Shown piece after piece: positions 13,201 through 27,553 of a DNA stretch of 64,000 nt. This DNA is from Macrostomum lignano. Taxonomy: Eukaryota. The stretch covers positions 62,001 through 126,000 of the forward strand of contig NIVC01000900.1 of NCBI GenBank assembly GCA_002269645.1, read 5' to 3'. The position numbers were made by a program, and so were the translations under genes. Below the pieces are notes generated by a model, which was not told the DNA's origin, did no database searches, and worked only from the letters and a program-made list of their open reading frames with translations. How positions within the stretch are numbered: position 1 is the stretch's first letter; every line of letters begins with the position of its first letter.

Positions 13201-16200
13201 AAGATAAATAAATCCCCAGCTGATCCAGATGGAAATCCAAGATAGGGAAATCCCAGCTGATCCAGAGGGAAATCTAAGATAGGGAAATCCAAGCTGATCC
13301 AGACGGAAAGCCAAGATAGGGAAATCCCAGCTGATCCAGAGGGAAATCCGGGACAGGAAAATCCCCAGTTGATCCAGACGAAAATCCAAGATAAATAAAT
13401 CCCAGCTGATCCAGAGGGAAATCCGACGAGAATTTAAAGGGAAATTTAGCTGATGCTGAGAGGAATTCGCAGATCCTGAGGGAAAATGCAGATCCTGAGG
13501 AAAAAATGTAGCCGATTATGAGGGGGATTTAGTTGGCCCTGATAGGAATTTAGCTCATCTTGAAAATAGATTTGCTGAGAGGATACTGAAAAAATATCGG
13601 CGCGCTTTCAGACAGGTATAAAACAGTATCCTTTTTAATTCAGCAGGTTCTCAAATTTTCTTTTTTTAAGCCGATCCGTGAAACTTTATTGACTAATCTC
13701 CCAGCAGTTCGCGTGCACCAGAGAAGAGAGAGATTGAAAATTTTCTCTAGCAAAGAAAAAAAAAACACTGCACAAGCGTAAGCTATAAAAAACCTATAAA
13801 ATAGCAATTGAAAATAAAATAAAACTACTTCCTACAGCTGACAAAAAGACGAGCCACCGTCCTAAAAAATAACGTTCGTTAATGATTCAAGCCTTGGAGT
13901 TCTTCGATTCATTCTCTCTCTCTAGCTCTCTCTCACTCTGCTCAATCTACTCCAATTCTACAAGAAGCGATCGATATTCAATTTCGATTCAAGGTTAATT
14001 AAATCAAGCTTCATTCCAGTACATGAAAATAGCTGTGAAAAAAATTACAAAATTCCTATTGTCCTTGTACTATAACTTCATTATTGATCTACCGATTCAT
14101 TAAAACAAAAATGGATTAACTCGCTCATAAATAAAGCAAGCTTTTACTACATAGATCGATTGAGGAGTTCTTCTACAAGAAGAAAGACAAGATCAAGAGT
14201 CTAGTTCCGACGCTGATCAAAGAGATTTTCGAACTGGTCGTCATCTTTTGTCAAATTAAAATGTAATCGATAATATTGCAATACTCTCTCTACAGTGAAG
14301 GATTGCCTAAGAAATCTCAAATCAATCGCTTGGAAAGAAAAACATAGGAAATACATGTAAAGGCCTGTAAGGGGAATTGGGAAACTCCTCGTGATGGTGA
14401 CCATGTCGGTCTGCTAACTGCCTCTCTGTCTTCATGTGTGTTTTAGTGCCTGTGTGTCTTAGTGCCTGTGTGTCTTAGTGCCTGTGTGTCTTAGTGCCTG
14501 TGTATCTTAGTGCCTGTGTGTCTTAGTGCCTGTGTGTCTTAGTGCCTGTGTATCTTAGTGCCTGTGTGTCTTAGTGCCTGTGTGTCTTAGTGCCTGTGTG
14601 TCTTAGTGCCTGTGTGTCTTAGTGCCTGTGTGTCTTAGTGCCTGTGTGTCTTAGTGCCTGTGTGTCTTAGTGCCTGTGTGTCTGAGTGCCTGTGTGTCTT
14701 AGTGCCTGTGTGTCTTAGTGCTTGTGTGTCTTAGTGCATGGGTGTCTTAGTGCCTGTGTGTCTTAGTGCCCGTGTGTCTTAGTGCCTGTGTGTCTTAGTG
14801 CATGGGTGTCTTAGTGCCTGTGTGTCTTAGTGCCTGTGTGTCTTAGTGCCTGTGTGGCATAGTGCCTGTGTGTCTTAGTGCCTGTGTGTCTTAGTGCCTG
14901 TGTGTCTTAGTGCCTGTGTGTCATAGTGCCTGTGTGTCTTAGTGCCTGTGTGTCTTAGTGCCTGTGTGTCTGAGTGCCTGTGTGTCTTAGTGCCTGTGTG
15001 TCTTAGTGCATGGGTGTCTTAGTGCCTGTGTGTCTTAGTGCCCGTGTGTCTTAGTGCCTGTGTGTCTTAGTGCATGGGTGTCTTAGTGCCTGTGTATCTT
15101 AGTGCCTGTGTGTCTTAGTGCCTGTGTGTCTTAGTGCCTGTGTATCTTAGTGCCTGTGTGTCTTAGTGCCTGTGTGTCTTAGTGCCTGTGTGTCTTAGTG
15201 CCTGTGTATCTTAGTGCCTGTGTGTCTTAGTGCCTGTGTGTCTTAGTGCCTGTGTGTCTTAGTGCCTGTGTGTCTTAGTGCCTGTGTGTCTGAGTGCCTG
15301 TGTGTCTTAGAGCCTGTGTGTCTCAGTGCTTGTGTGTCTTAGTGCATGGGTGTCTTAGTGCCTGTGTGTCTTAGTGCCCGTGTGTCTTAGTGCCTGTGTG
15401 TCTTAGTGCATGGGTGTCTTAGTGCCTGTGTGTCTTAGTGCCTGTGTGTCTTAGTGCCTGTGTGTCTTAGTGCCTGTGTGTCTTAGTGCCTGTGTGTCTT
15501 AGTGCCTGTGTGTCTTAGTGCCTGTGTGTCTTAGTGCCTGTGTGTCTTAGTGCCTGTGTGTCTTAGTGCCTGTGTGTCTTAGTGCCTGTGTGTCTGAGTG
15601 CCTGTGTGTCTTAGTGCCTGTGTGTCTTAGTGCTTGTGTGTCTTAGTGCATGGGTGTCTTAGTGCCTGTGTGTCTTAGTGCCCGTGTGTCTTAGTGCCTG
15701 TGTGTCTTAGTGCATGGGTGTCTTAGTGCCTGTGTATCTTAGTGCCTGTGTGTCTTAGTGCCTGTGTGTCTTAGTGCCTGTGTATCTTAGTGCCTGTGTG
15801 TCTTAGTGCCTGTGTGTCTTAGTGCCTGTGTGTCTTAGTGCCTGTGTGTCTTAGTGCCTGTGTGTCTGAGTGCCTGTGTGTCTTAGTGCCTGTGTGTCTT
15901 AGTGCTTGTGTGTCTTAGTGCCTGTGTGTCTTAGTGCCTGTGTGTCTTAGTGCCTGTGTGTCTTAGTGCTTGTGTGTCTTAGTGCATGGGTGTCTTAGTG
16001 CCTGTGTGGCATAGTGCATGGGTGTCTTAGTGCCTGTGTGTCTTAGTGCCCGTGTGTCTTAGTGCCTGTGTGTCTTAGTGCCCGTGTGTCTTAGTGCCTG
16101 TGTGTCTTAGTGCCCGTGTGTCTTAGTGCCTGTGTGTCTTAGTGCCTGTGTGTCTTAGTGCCTGTGTGTCTTAGTGCCTGTGTGTCTTAGTGCCTGTGTG

Positions 16201-19200
16201 TCTGAGTGCCTGTGTGTCTTAGTGCCTGTGTGTCTTAGTGCTTGTGTGTCTTAGTGCATGGGTGTCTTAGTGCCTGTGTGTCTTAGTGCCCGTGTGTCTT
16301 AGTGCCTGTGTGTCTTAGTGCATGGGTGTCTTAGTGCCTGTGTATCTTAGTGCCTGTGTGTCTTAGTGCCTGTGTGTCTTAGTGCCTGTGTATCTTAGTG
16401 CCTGTGTGTCTTAGTGCCTGTGTGTCTTAGTGCCTGTGTGTCTTAGTGCCTGTGTCTCTGAGTGCCTGTGTGTCTTAGTGCCTGTGTGTCTGAGTGCCTG
16501 TGTGTCTTAGTGCCTGTGTGTCTTAGTGCTTGTGTGTCTTAGTGCCTGTGTGTCTGAGTGCCTGTGTGTCTTAGTGCCTGTGTGTCTTAGTGCTTGTGTG
16601 TCTTAGTGCATGGGTGTCTTAGTGCCTGTGTGGCATAGTGCATGGGTGTCTTAGTGCCTGTGTCTTAGTGCCTGTGTGGCATAGTGCATGGGTGTCTTAG
16701 TGCCTGTGTCTTAGTGCCTGTGTGTCTTAGTGCATGGCTGCCTTAGTGCCTGTGTCTTAGTGCCTGTGTGTCTTAGTGCATGGCTGTCTTAGTGCCTGTG
16801 TGTCTGAGTGCCTGTGTGTCTTAGTGCCTGTGTGTCTTAGTGCTTGTGTGTCTTAGTGCATGGGTGTCTTAGTGCCTGTGTGGCATAGTGCATGGGTGTC
16901 TTAGTGCCTGTGTGTCTTAGTGCCCGTGTGTCTTAGTGCCTGTGTGTCTTAGTGCCCGTGTGTCTTAGTGCCTGTGTGTCTTAGTGCCTGTGTGTCTTAG
17001 TGCTTGTGTGTCTTAGTGCCTGTGTGTCTGAGTGCCTGTGTGTCTTAGTGCCTGTGTGTCTTAGTGCCTGTGTGTCTTAGTGCCTGTGTGTCTTAGTGCT
17101 TGTGTGTCTTAGTGCATGGGTGTCTTAGTGCCTGTGTGGCATAGTGCATGGGTGTCTTAGTGCCTGTGTCTTAGTGCCTGTGTGGCATAGTGCATGGGTG
17201 TCTTAGTGCCTGTGTCTTAGTGCCTGTGTGTCTTAGTGCATGGCTGCCTTAGTGCCTGTGTCTTAGTGCCTGTGTGTCTTAGTGCATGGCTGTCTTAGTG
17301 CCTGTGTGTCTGAGTGCCTGTGTGTCTTAGTGCCTGTGTGTCTTAGTGCTTGTGTGTCTTAGTGCATGGGTGTCTTAGTGCCTGTGTGGCATAGTGCATG
17401 GGTGTCTTAGTGCCTGTGTGTCTTAGTGCCCGTGTGTCTTAGTGCCTGTGTGTCTTAGTGCCCGTGTGTCTTAGTGCCTGTGTGTCTTAGTGCTTGTGTG
17501 TCTTAGTGCCTGTGTGTCTTAGTGCCTGTGTGTCTTAGTGCCTGTGTGTCTTAGTGCCTGTGTGTCTGAGTGCCTGTGTGTCTTAGTGCCTGTGTGTCTT
17601 AGTGCCTGTGTGTCTGAGTGCCTGTGTGTCTTAGTGCCTGTGTGTCTTAGTGCTTGTGTGTCTTAGTGCCTGTGTGTCTGAGTGCCTGTGTGTCTTAGTG
17701 CCTGTGTGTCTTAGTGCCTGTGTGTCTTAGTGCCTGTGTGTCTTAGTGCTTGTGTGTCTTAGTGCCTGTGTGTCTGAGTGCCTGTGTGTCTTAGTGCCTG
17801 TGTGTCTTAGTGCTTGTGTGTCTTAGTGCATGGGTGTCTTAGTGCCTGTGTGGCATAGTGCATGGGTGTCTTAGTGCCTGTGTCTTAGTGCCTGTGTGGC
17901 ATAGTGCATGGCTGCCTTAGTGCCTGTGTGTCTTAGTGCTTGTGTGTCTTAGTGCATGGGTGTCTTAGTGCCTGTGTGTCTTAGTGCCCGTGTGTCTTAG
18001 TGCCTGTGTGTCTTAGTGCATGGGTGTCTTAGTGCCTGTGTATCTTAGTGCCTGTGTGTCTTAGTGCCTGTGTGTCTTAGTGCCTGTGTATCTTAGTGCC
18101 TGTGTGTCTTAGTGCCTGTGTGTCTTAGTGCCTGTGTGTCTTAGTGCCTGTGTGTCTGAGTGCCTGTGTGTCTTAGTGCCTTTGTGTCTGAGTGCCTGTG
18201 TGTCTTAGTGCCTGTGTGTCTTAGTGCTTGTGTGTCTTAGTGCCTGTGTGTCTGAGTGCCTGTGTGTCTTAGTGCCTGTGTGTCTTAGTGCTTGTGTGTC
18301 TTAGTGCATGGGTGTCTTAGTGCCTGTGTGGCATAGTGCATGGGTGTCTTAGTGCCTGTGTCTTAGTGCCTGTGTGGCATAGTGCATGGGTGTCTTAGTG
18401 CCTGTGTCTTAGTGCCTGTGTGTCTTAGTGCATGGCTGTCTTAGTGCCTGTGTGTCTGAGTGCCTGTGTGTCTTAGTGCCTGTGTGTCTTAGTGCTTGTG
18501 TGTCTTAGTGCATGGGTGTCTTAGTGCCTGTGTGGCATAGTGCATGGGTGTCTTAGTGCCTGTGTGTCTTAGTGCCCGTGTGTCTTAGTGCCTGTGTGTC
18601 TTAGTGCCCGTGTGTCTTAGTGCCTGTGTGTCTTAGTGCTTGTGTGTCTTAGTGCCTGTGTGTCTTAGTGCCTGTGTGTCTTAGTGCCTGTGTGTCTTAG
18701 TGCCTGTGTGTCTTAGTGCCTGTGTGTCTGAGTGCCTGTGTGTCTTAGTGCCTGTGTGTCTTAGTGCCTGTGTGTCTTAGTGCCTGTGTGTCTTAGTGCC
18801 TGTGTGTCTTAGTGCCTGTGTGTCTTAGTGCCTGTGTGTCTGAGTGCCTGTGTGTCTTAGTGCCTGTGTGTCTTAGTGCTTGTGTGTCTTAGTGCCTGTG
18901 TGTCTTAGTGCCTGTGTGTCTTAGTGCCTGTGTGTCTGAGTGCCCGTGTGTCTTAGTGCCTGTGTGTCTTAGTGCTTGTGTGTCTTAGTGCCTGTGTGTC
19001 TGAGTGCCTGTGTGTCTTAGTGCCTGTGTGTCTTAGTGCTTGTGTGTCTTAGTGCATGGGTGTCTTAGTGCCTGTGTGGCATAGTGCATGGGTGTCTTAG
19101 TGCCTGTGTGGCATAGTGCATGGGTGTCTTAGTGCCTGTGTCTTAGTGCCTGTGTGTCTTAGTGCCTGTGTGTCTTAGTGCCTGTGTGTCTTAGTGCCTG

Positions 19201-22200
19201 TGTGTCTTAGTGCATGGGTGTCTTAGTGCCTGTGTGGCATAGTGCATGGGTGTCTTAGTGCCTGTGTCTTAGTGCCTGTGTGTCTTAGTGCCTGTGTGTC
19301 TTAGTGCCTGTGTGTCTGAGTGCCTGTGTGTCTTAGTGCCTGTGTGTCTTAGTGCTTGTGTGTCATAGTGCCTGTGTGTCTGAGTGCCTGTGTGTCTTAG
19401 TGCCTGTGTGTCTGAGTGCCTGTGTGTCTTAGTGCCTGTGTGTCTTAGTGCTTGTGTGTCTTAGTGCCTGTGTGTCTGAGTGCCTGTGTGTCTTAGTGCC
19501 TGTGTGTCTTAGTGCTTGTGTGTCTTAGTGCATGGGTGTCTTAGTGCCTGTGTGGCATAGTGCATGGGTGTCTTAGTGCCTGTGTCTTAGTGCCTGTGTG
19601 GCATAGTGCATGGGTGTCTTAGTGCCTGTGTCTTAGTGCCTGTGTGTCTTAGTGCCTGTGTGTCTTAGTGCCTGTGTGGCATAGTGCATGGGTGTCTTAG
19701 TGCCTGTGTGGCATAGTGCATGGGTGTCTTAGTGCCTGTGTGTCTTAGTGCCTGTGTGTCTTAGTGCCTGTGTGTCTTAGTGCCTGTGTGTCTTAGTGCC
19801 TATGTGTCTTAGTGCATGGGTGTCTTAGTGCCTGTGTGGCATAGTGCATGGGTGTCTTAGTGCCTGTGTCTTAGTGCCTGTGTGTCTTAGTGCATGGCTG
19901 TCTTAGTGACTGTGTCTTAGTGCCTGTGTGTCTTAGTGCATGGCTGTCTTAGTGACTGTGTCTTAGTGCCTGTGTGTCTTAGTGCATGGCTGTCTTAGTG
20001 ACTGTGTCTTAGTGCCTGTGTGTCTTAGTGCATGGCTGTCTTAGTGCCTGTGTGTCTTAGTGCATGGCTGTCTTAGTGCCTGTGTGTCTTAGTGCATGGC
20101 TGTCTTAGTGACTGTGTGTCTGAGTGCCTGTGTGTCTTAGTGCCTGTGTGTCTTAGTGCTTGTGTGTCTTAGTGCATGGGTGTCTTAGTGCCTGTGTGGC
20201 ATAGTGCATGGGTGTCTTAGTGCCTGTGTCTTAGTGCCTGTGTGTCTTAGTGCATGGCTGTCTTTGTGACTGTGTCTTAGTGCCTGTGTGTCTTAGTGCA
20301 TGGCTGTCTTAGTGCCTGTGTGTCTTAGTGCATGGCTGTCTTAGTGCCTGTGTGGCATAGTGCATGGGTGTCTTAGTGCCTGTGTGTCTTAGTGCATGGC
20401 TGTCTTAGTGCCTGTGTGGCATAGTGCATGGGTGTCTTAGTGCCTGTGTGTCTTAGTGCATGGCTGTCTTAGTGCCTGTGTGTCTTAGTGCATGGCTGTC
20501 TTAGTGCCTGTGTGGCATAGTGCATGGGTGTCTTAGTGCCTGTGTCTTAGTGCCTGTGTGTCTTAGTGCATGGCTGTCTTAGTGACTGTGTCTTAGTGCC
20601 TGTGTGTCTTAGTGCATGGCTGTCTTAGTGCCTGTGTGTCTTAGTGCATGGCTGTCTTAGTGCCTGTGTGGCATAGTGCATGGGTGTCTTAGTGCCTGTG
20701 TGTCTTAGTGCATGGCTGTCTTAGTGCCTGTGTGGCATAGTGCATGGCTGTCTTAGTGCCTGTGTGGCATAGTGCATGGGTGTCTTAGTGCCTGTGTGGC
20801 ATAGTGCATGGGTGTCTTAGTGCCTGTGTGTCTTAGTGCATGGCTGTCTTAGTGCCTGTGTGGCATAGTGCATGGGTGTCTTAGTGCCTGTGTGTCTTAG
20901 TGCATGGCTGTCTTAGTGCCTGTGTGGCATAGTGCATGGCTGTCTTAGTGCCTGTGTGGCATAGTGCATGGGTGTCTTGGTGCCTGTGTGTCTTAGTGCA
21001 TGGCTGTCTTAGTGCCTGTGTGTCTTAGTGCATGGCTGTCTTAGTGCCTGTGTGTCTTAGTGCATGGCTGTCTTAGTGCCTGTGTGTCTTAGTGCTTGGC
21101 TGTCTTAGTGCCTGTGTGTCTTAGTGCATGGCTGTCTTAGTGACTGTGTGTCTTAGTGCATGGCTGTCTTAGTGCCTGTGTGTCTTAGTGCATGGCTGTC
21201 TTAGTGCCTGTGTGTCTTAGTGCATGGCTGTCTTAGTGACTGTGTGTCTGAGTGCCTGTGTGTCTTAGTGCCTGTGTGTCTTAGTGCTTGTGTGTCTTAG
21301 TGCATGGGTGTCTTAGTGCCTGTGTGGCATAGTGCATGGGTGTCTTAGTGCCTGTGTCTTAGTGCCTGTGTGTCTTAGTGCATGGCTGTCTTTGTGACTG
21401 TGTCTTAGTGCCTGTGTGTCTTAGTGCATGGCTGTCTTAGTGCCTGTGTGTCTTAGTGCATGGCTGTCTTAGTGCCTGTGTGGCATAGTGCATGGGTGTC
21501 TTAGTGCCTGTGTGTCTTAGTGCATGGCTGTCTTAGTGCCTGTGTGGCATAGTGCATGGGTGTCTTAGTGCCTGTGTGTCTTAGTGCATGGCTGTCTTAG
21601 TGCCTGTGTGTCTTAGTGCATGGCTGTCTTAGTGCCTGTGTGGCATAGTGCATGGGTGTCTTAGTGCCTGTGTCTTAGTGCCTGTGTGTCTTAGTGCATG
21701 GCTGTCTTAGTGACTGTGTCTTAGTGCCTGTGTGTCTTAGTGCATGGCTGTCTTAGTGCCTGTGTGTCTTAGTGCATGGCTGTCTTAGTGCCTGTGTGGC
21801 ATAGTGCATGGGTGTCTTAGTGCCTGTGTGTCTTAGTGCATGGCTGTCTTAGTGCCTGTGTGGCATAGTGCATGGCTGTCTTAGTGCCTGTGTGGCATAG
21901 TGCATGGGTGTCTTAGTGCCTGTGTGGCATAGTGCATGGGTGTCTTAGTGCCTGTGTGTCTTAGTGCATGGCTGTCTTAGTGCCTGTGTGGCATAGTGCA
22001 TGGGTGTCTTAGTGCCTGTGTGTCTTAGTGCATGGCTGTCTTAGTGCCTGTGTGGCATAGTGCATGGCTGTCTTAGTGCCTGTGTGGCATAGTGCATGGG
22101 TGTCTTAGTGCCTGTGTGTCTTAGTGCATGGCTGTCTTAGTGCCTGTGTGTCTTAGTGCATGGCTGTCTTAGTGCCTGTGTGTCTTAGTGCATGGCTGTC

Positions 22201-25200
22201 TTAGTGCCTGTGTGTCTTAGTGCATGGCTGTCTTAGTGCCTGTGTGTCTTAGTGCATGGCTGTCTTAGTGACTGTGTGTCTTAGTGCATGGCTGTCTTAG
22301 TGCCTGTGTGTCTTAGTGCATGGCTGTCTTAGTGACTGTGTGTCTTAGTGCATGGCTGTCTTAGTGACTGTGTGTCTTAGTGCATGGCTGTCTTAGTGAC
22401 TGTGTGTCTTAGTGCATGGCTGTCTTAGTGACTGTGTCTGTCTGTCTGTCTGCAGTGTCTGTCTGTCTCTGTCATCCTGCCTATTCTGTAGCAAAATATT
22501 AAAATCAATTATATAATGCCACACACCAGAGTGCAGGGTCACACGGTACAGATGGATTTAACGGTGCAAGCGCTATTCCATGTACAGAATTTTTCCCGCT
22601 ATGAACAATGCTAAGCACACGTAGGCAGTGAAGCTGTTTTAAAAAAACAGCATGGTGGGAGGTAGCAAAAATGGAATATTTTGGGTGGGAGGAAGATTGG
22701 GTTAGTAAATTATTTATCCCACCCTCAGGCTCAGCGCAGACTCGACCTCAAATATTCAAGTCTGTCTATCTGAGCTCTTTCTATTTTTGTCCACAGCTCT
22801 ACGCGCTAAATTTGGACTTTGAGTTCTATCCTTAACTCCATTTTTCACTCTCCCTTCTCTCCTCTTTCTCCATCGAGTCAGAGCAGTTTTGCGTCCCCGT
22901 TTTCGTCCAGCCCCCCTCTCCCCCACCCCAGCCCAGCAACCAGGCTTCCGGCCTTCAGCCGTGAAATCCCAGCCCTTCATCTTCGTCCCCCTCCCTCAGA
23001 TCCCTTCGTGCCCAGTGTAGCCACCCACTTCCCCGCTACTCCACTCCCCGGCACAAGCCGCGAGCAGTTGAAGCCGCCTACGCTTTGCATATACTTTATT
23101 ATACACTATTACTATACATAGCCACTCTGCGTTTAACTGCTATAATTACCCGATTATTCTCTGTAAAAACGACTGCGATACGGCCCCTCTTATTTTGGAA
23201 TGGTGTAGCATTACATGGCGTGACTGATCGTGGCGCCATCTTTGACTGCGGGTTTTCGCGACTGAATAGTCTGACTGTCTGTTTCCTTGTGTGTGTCTGG
23301 CTGTCTGTGTCCTTGTGTCTGACTGTCTGTCCTTGTGTGTGTCCGGCTGTCTGTGTCCTTGTGTGTGTCTGGCTGACTGTGTCCTTGCGTCTGACTGTCT
23401 GTCCTTGTGTGTGTCCGGCTGTCTGTGTCCTTGTGTGTTGTCTGGCTGTCTGTGTCCTTGTGTCTGACTGTCTGTCCTTGTGTGTGTCCGGCTGTCTGTG
23501 TCCTTGTGTGTATCTGGCTGTCTGTATCCTTGTGTGTGTCTGGCTGTCTGTGTCCTTGTGTGTGTCTGGCTGTCTGCCTTGTGTGTGTCTGGCTGTCTGC
23601 CTTGTGTGTATCTGGCTGTCTGTCCTTGTGTGTGTCTGGCTGTCTGCCTTGTGTGTGTCTGGCTGTCTGCCTTGTGTGTGTCTGGCTGTCTGTACGTATG
23701 ACTTTGCACCATTCATATTCCTTATGTATGCCATCGTGTCTTTATGTATGTCCTTGACTCCTTGTGTCTTTATGTATGCCTTGTGTGTGTCTGGCTGTCT
23801 GTCCTTGTGTGTATCTGGCTGTCTGCCTTGTGTGTGTCCGGCTGTCTGCCTTGTGTGTGTCTGGCTGTCTGCCTCGTGTGTGTCTGGCTGTCTGTCCGTA
23901 TGAGTTTGCACCATTCATATTCCTTATGTATGACATCGTGTCTTAATGTATGTCCTTGTGTCTTTATGTATGCCATCGTGTCTTTATGCATGTCCTTGTG
24001 TCTTTATGTATGCCATCGTGTCTTTATATATGTCCTTGTGTCTTTATGTATGCCATCGTGTCTTTATGTATGCCATCGTGTCTTTATGTATGCCATCGTG
24101 TCTTTATGTATGCCATCGTGTCTTTATGTATGACATCGTGTCTTAATGTATGTCCTTGTGTCTTTATGTATGCCATCGTGTCTTTATGTATGCCATCGTG
24201 TCTTTATGCATGCCATCGTGTCTTTATGTATGCCATCGTGTCTTTATGTATGCCATCGTGTCTTTATGTATGCCATCGTGTCTTTATGTATGCCATCGTG
24301 TCTTTATGTATGCCTTGTGTCTTTATGTATGCCTTGTGTGTGTCTGGCTGTCTGTCCTTGTGTGTGTCTGGCTGTCTGCCTTGTGTGTGTCCGGCTGTCT
24401 GCCTTGTGTGTGTCTGGCTGTCTGCCTCGTGTGTGTCTGGCTGTCTGTCCGTATGAGTTTGCACCATTCATATTCCTTATGTATGACATCGTGTCTTAAT
24501 GTATGTCCTTGTGTCTTTATGTATGCCATCGTGTCTTTATGTATGCCATCATGTCTTTATGTATGCCATCATGTCTTTATGTATGCCATCGTGTCTTTAT
24601 GTATGCCATCATGTCTTTATGTATGCCATCATGTCTTTATGTATGCCATCGTGTCTTTATGTATGCCATCGTGTCTTTATGTATGCCATCGTGTCTTTAT
24701 GTATGCCATCGTGTCTTTATGTATGCCATCGTGTCTTTATGTATGCCATCGTGTCTTTATGTATGCCATCGTGTCTTTATGTATGCCATCGTGTCTTTAT
24801 GTATGCCATCGTGTCTTTATGTATGCCATCATGTCTTTATGTATGCCATCGTGTCTTTATGTATGCCATCGTGTCTTTATGTATGCCATCGTGTCTTTAT
24901 GTATGCCATCGTGTCTTTATGTATGCCATCGTGTCTTTATGTATGCCATCGTGTCTTTATGTATGCCATCGTGTCTTTATGTATGCCATCGTGTCTTTAT
25001 GTATGCCATCGTGTCTTTATGTATGCCATCGTGTCTTTATGTATGCCATCGTGTCTTTATGTATGCCATCGTGTCTTTATGTATGTCCTTGTGTCTTTAT
25101 GTATGCCATCGTGTCTTTATGTATGCCATCGTGTCTTTATGTATGCCATCGTGTCTTTATGTATGCCATCGTGTCTTTATGTATGCCATCGTGTCTTTAT

Positions 25201-26516
25201 GTATGCCATCGTGTCTTTATGTATGCCATCGTGTCTTAATGCATGTCCTTGTGTCTTTATGTATGCCATCGTGTCTTAATGCATGTCCTTGTGTCTTTAT
25301 GTATGCCATCGTGTCTTTATGCATGCCATCGTGTCTTTATGCATGCCATCGTGTCTTTATGTATGCCTTGTGTCTTTATGTATGCCTTGTGTGTGTCTGG
25401 CTGTCTGTCCTTGTGTGTGTCTGGCTGTCTGCCTTGTGTGTGTCTGGCTGTCTGCCTTGTGTGTGTCTGGCTGTCTGCCTTGTGTGTGTCTGGCTGTCTG
25501 TCCGTATGACTTTGCACCATTCATATTCCTTATGTATGCCATCGTGTCTTTACGTATGCCTTTGTGTCCTTTCTGTCCGTCTGACCTTGTGCCGTTATGC
25601 CAGTCCAACTATTTTCGCATAACAATGCTACTGCATCTGTCTGTCTGTCTGTCTCCTTAGTTTTGCATAACCATCTGCTCTTGTGTATCAAGATGGTTAA
25701 ATGTTTTATTTTGTCTCTCTAAAAAATCTACCTTTAAGTAAGGTAGAAAGGCCTGTTTATTTATAGATCCACAGAAGATTTCTTGAGAAAAATTCAAATT
25801 TGTCATCAGTAAATCCGGTGCATGCAGTTGATTCTACACATGTTACTCAATAATTTCCACTGTACTTTTTCTCGAAATTAAATGTATTTCTATATCTACT
25901 TCACCTGCTATAGTTGATTGATCGCCTTCTATTGCCTAAGCATTCAGGCGGTAATCCGAAACCGTGTCCTGTTTATTATGATTTAAACTGCGTTTGTTTC
26001 AGCTGATCATTAAATCTTTGGCAATAAATCTTCTTTTAGCTAACGCTTGCAAAAGCAGTTAGCAGCAGTGTGGATAGGAAAAATGAAAGTTCTGAAGGAA
26101 AACTTGAAGAAGGAAAAAATCGAAAGAGAATAGACTGGGCATGGCTGCAAAGCAATTGCACTAGAGCAGCTCCACGCCAAAACTCACCAGTAGGCCCGTC
26201 AGCCTGGTAGCCGCTGATAGGTGTCAATGCCATTGGCGACGGCATCAGGTTGCTAGGCAACACGCCTGGAAAATAGTACGGTCCGGTGCCCATCTGGGGC
26301 GCCAAAATGACGTGCGTTAGTATGCCATTTTCATCAACAATTTGTTGCACCAGATGACCGGGCGGAACCTGCGGAGATAATCGCATGGATTGATTGTGAT
26401 AGCTAGGGAAGCTGACCTGTCTGCCTGTCTGTTCGTCTGACTTAGTTTTTGTTTGTCTGCATGTGCGTATTCAGGGGTTAGCTAACGAACTAGATAAGTA
26501 AACAACTGACTAACTG

Positions 26517-26605
<89 letters not shown>

Positions 26606-26621
26606 ACTAACTGACTGACTG

Positions 26622-26710
<89 letters not shown>

Positions 26711-27037
26711 ACTAACTGACTGACTGACTAACTAACTAACTAACTAACTAACTGACTGACTGACTAACTAACTGACTAATTGACTAACTAACTGACTAAC
26801 TGACAAACTAACTAACTAACTGACTAACTAACTAACTAACTGACTGACTAACTAACTAACTAACTAACTAACTGACTAACTAACTAACTAACTAACTAAC
26901 TGACTAACTAACTCACTAACTAAGTGACTAACTGACTAATTAACTAACTAACTGACTAACTAACTAACTAACTAACTAACTGACTAACTAACTGACTAAC
27001 TAACTAACTAACTGACTAACTAACTGACTAACTAACG

Positions 27038-27089
<52 letters not shown>

Positions 27090-27090
27090 G

Positions 27091-27153
<63 letters not shown>

Positions 27154-27437
27154 GACTAACTAACTAACTGACTAACTAACTAACTAACTAACTAACTGAC
27201 TAACTAACTCACTAACTAAGTGACTAACTGACTAATTAACTAACTAACTGACTAACTAACTAACTAACTAACTGACTAACTAACTGACTAACTAACTAAC
27301 TAACTGACTAACTAACTGACTAACTAACGAACTAACTAACTGACTGACTGACGAACTAACTAACTAACTAACTAACTAACTGACTAACTAACTGACTAAC
27401 TAACTAACTAACTGACTAACTAACTGACTAACTAACG

Positions 27438-27489
<52 letters not shown>

Positions 27490-27490
27490 G

Positions 27491-27553
<63 letters not shown>

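Noticed and set aside
22700-23265. GC-richer unique island between two satellite arrays
   Set aside because: No convincing splice sites, tRNA fold or Helitron terminus; left unassigned.
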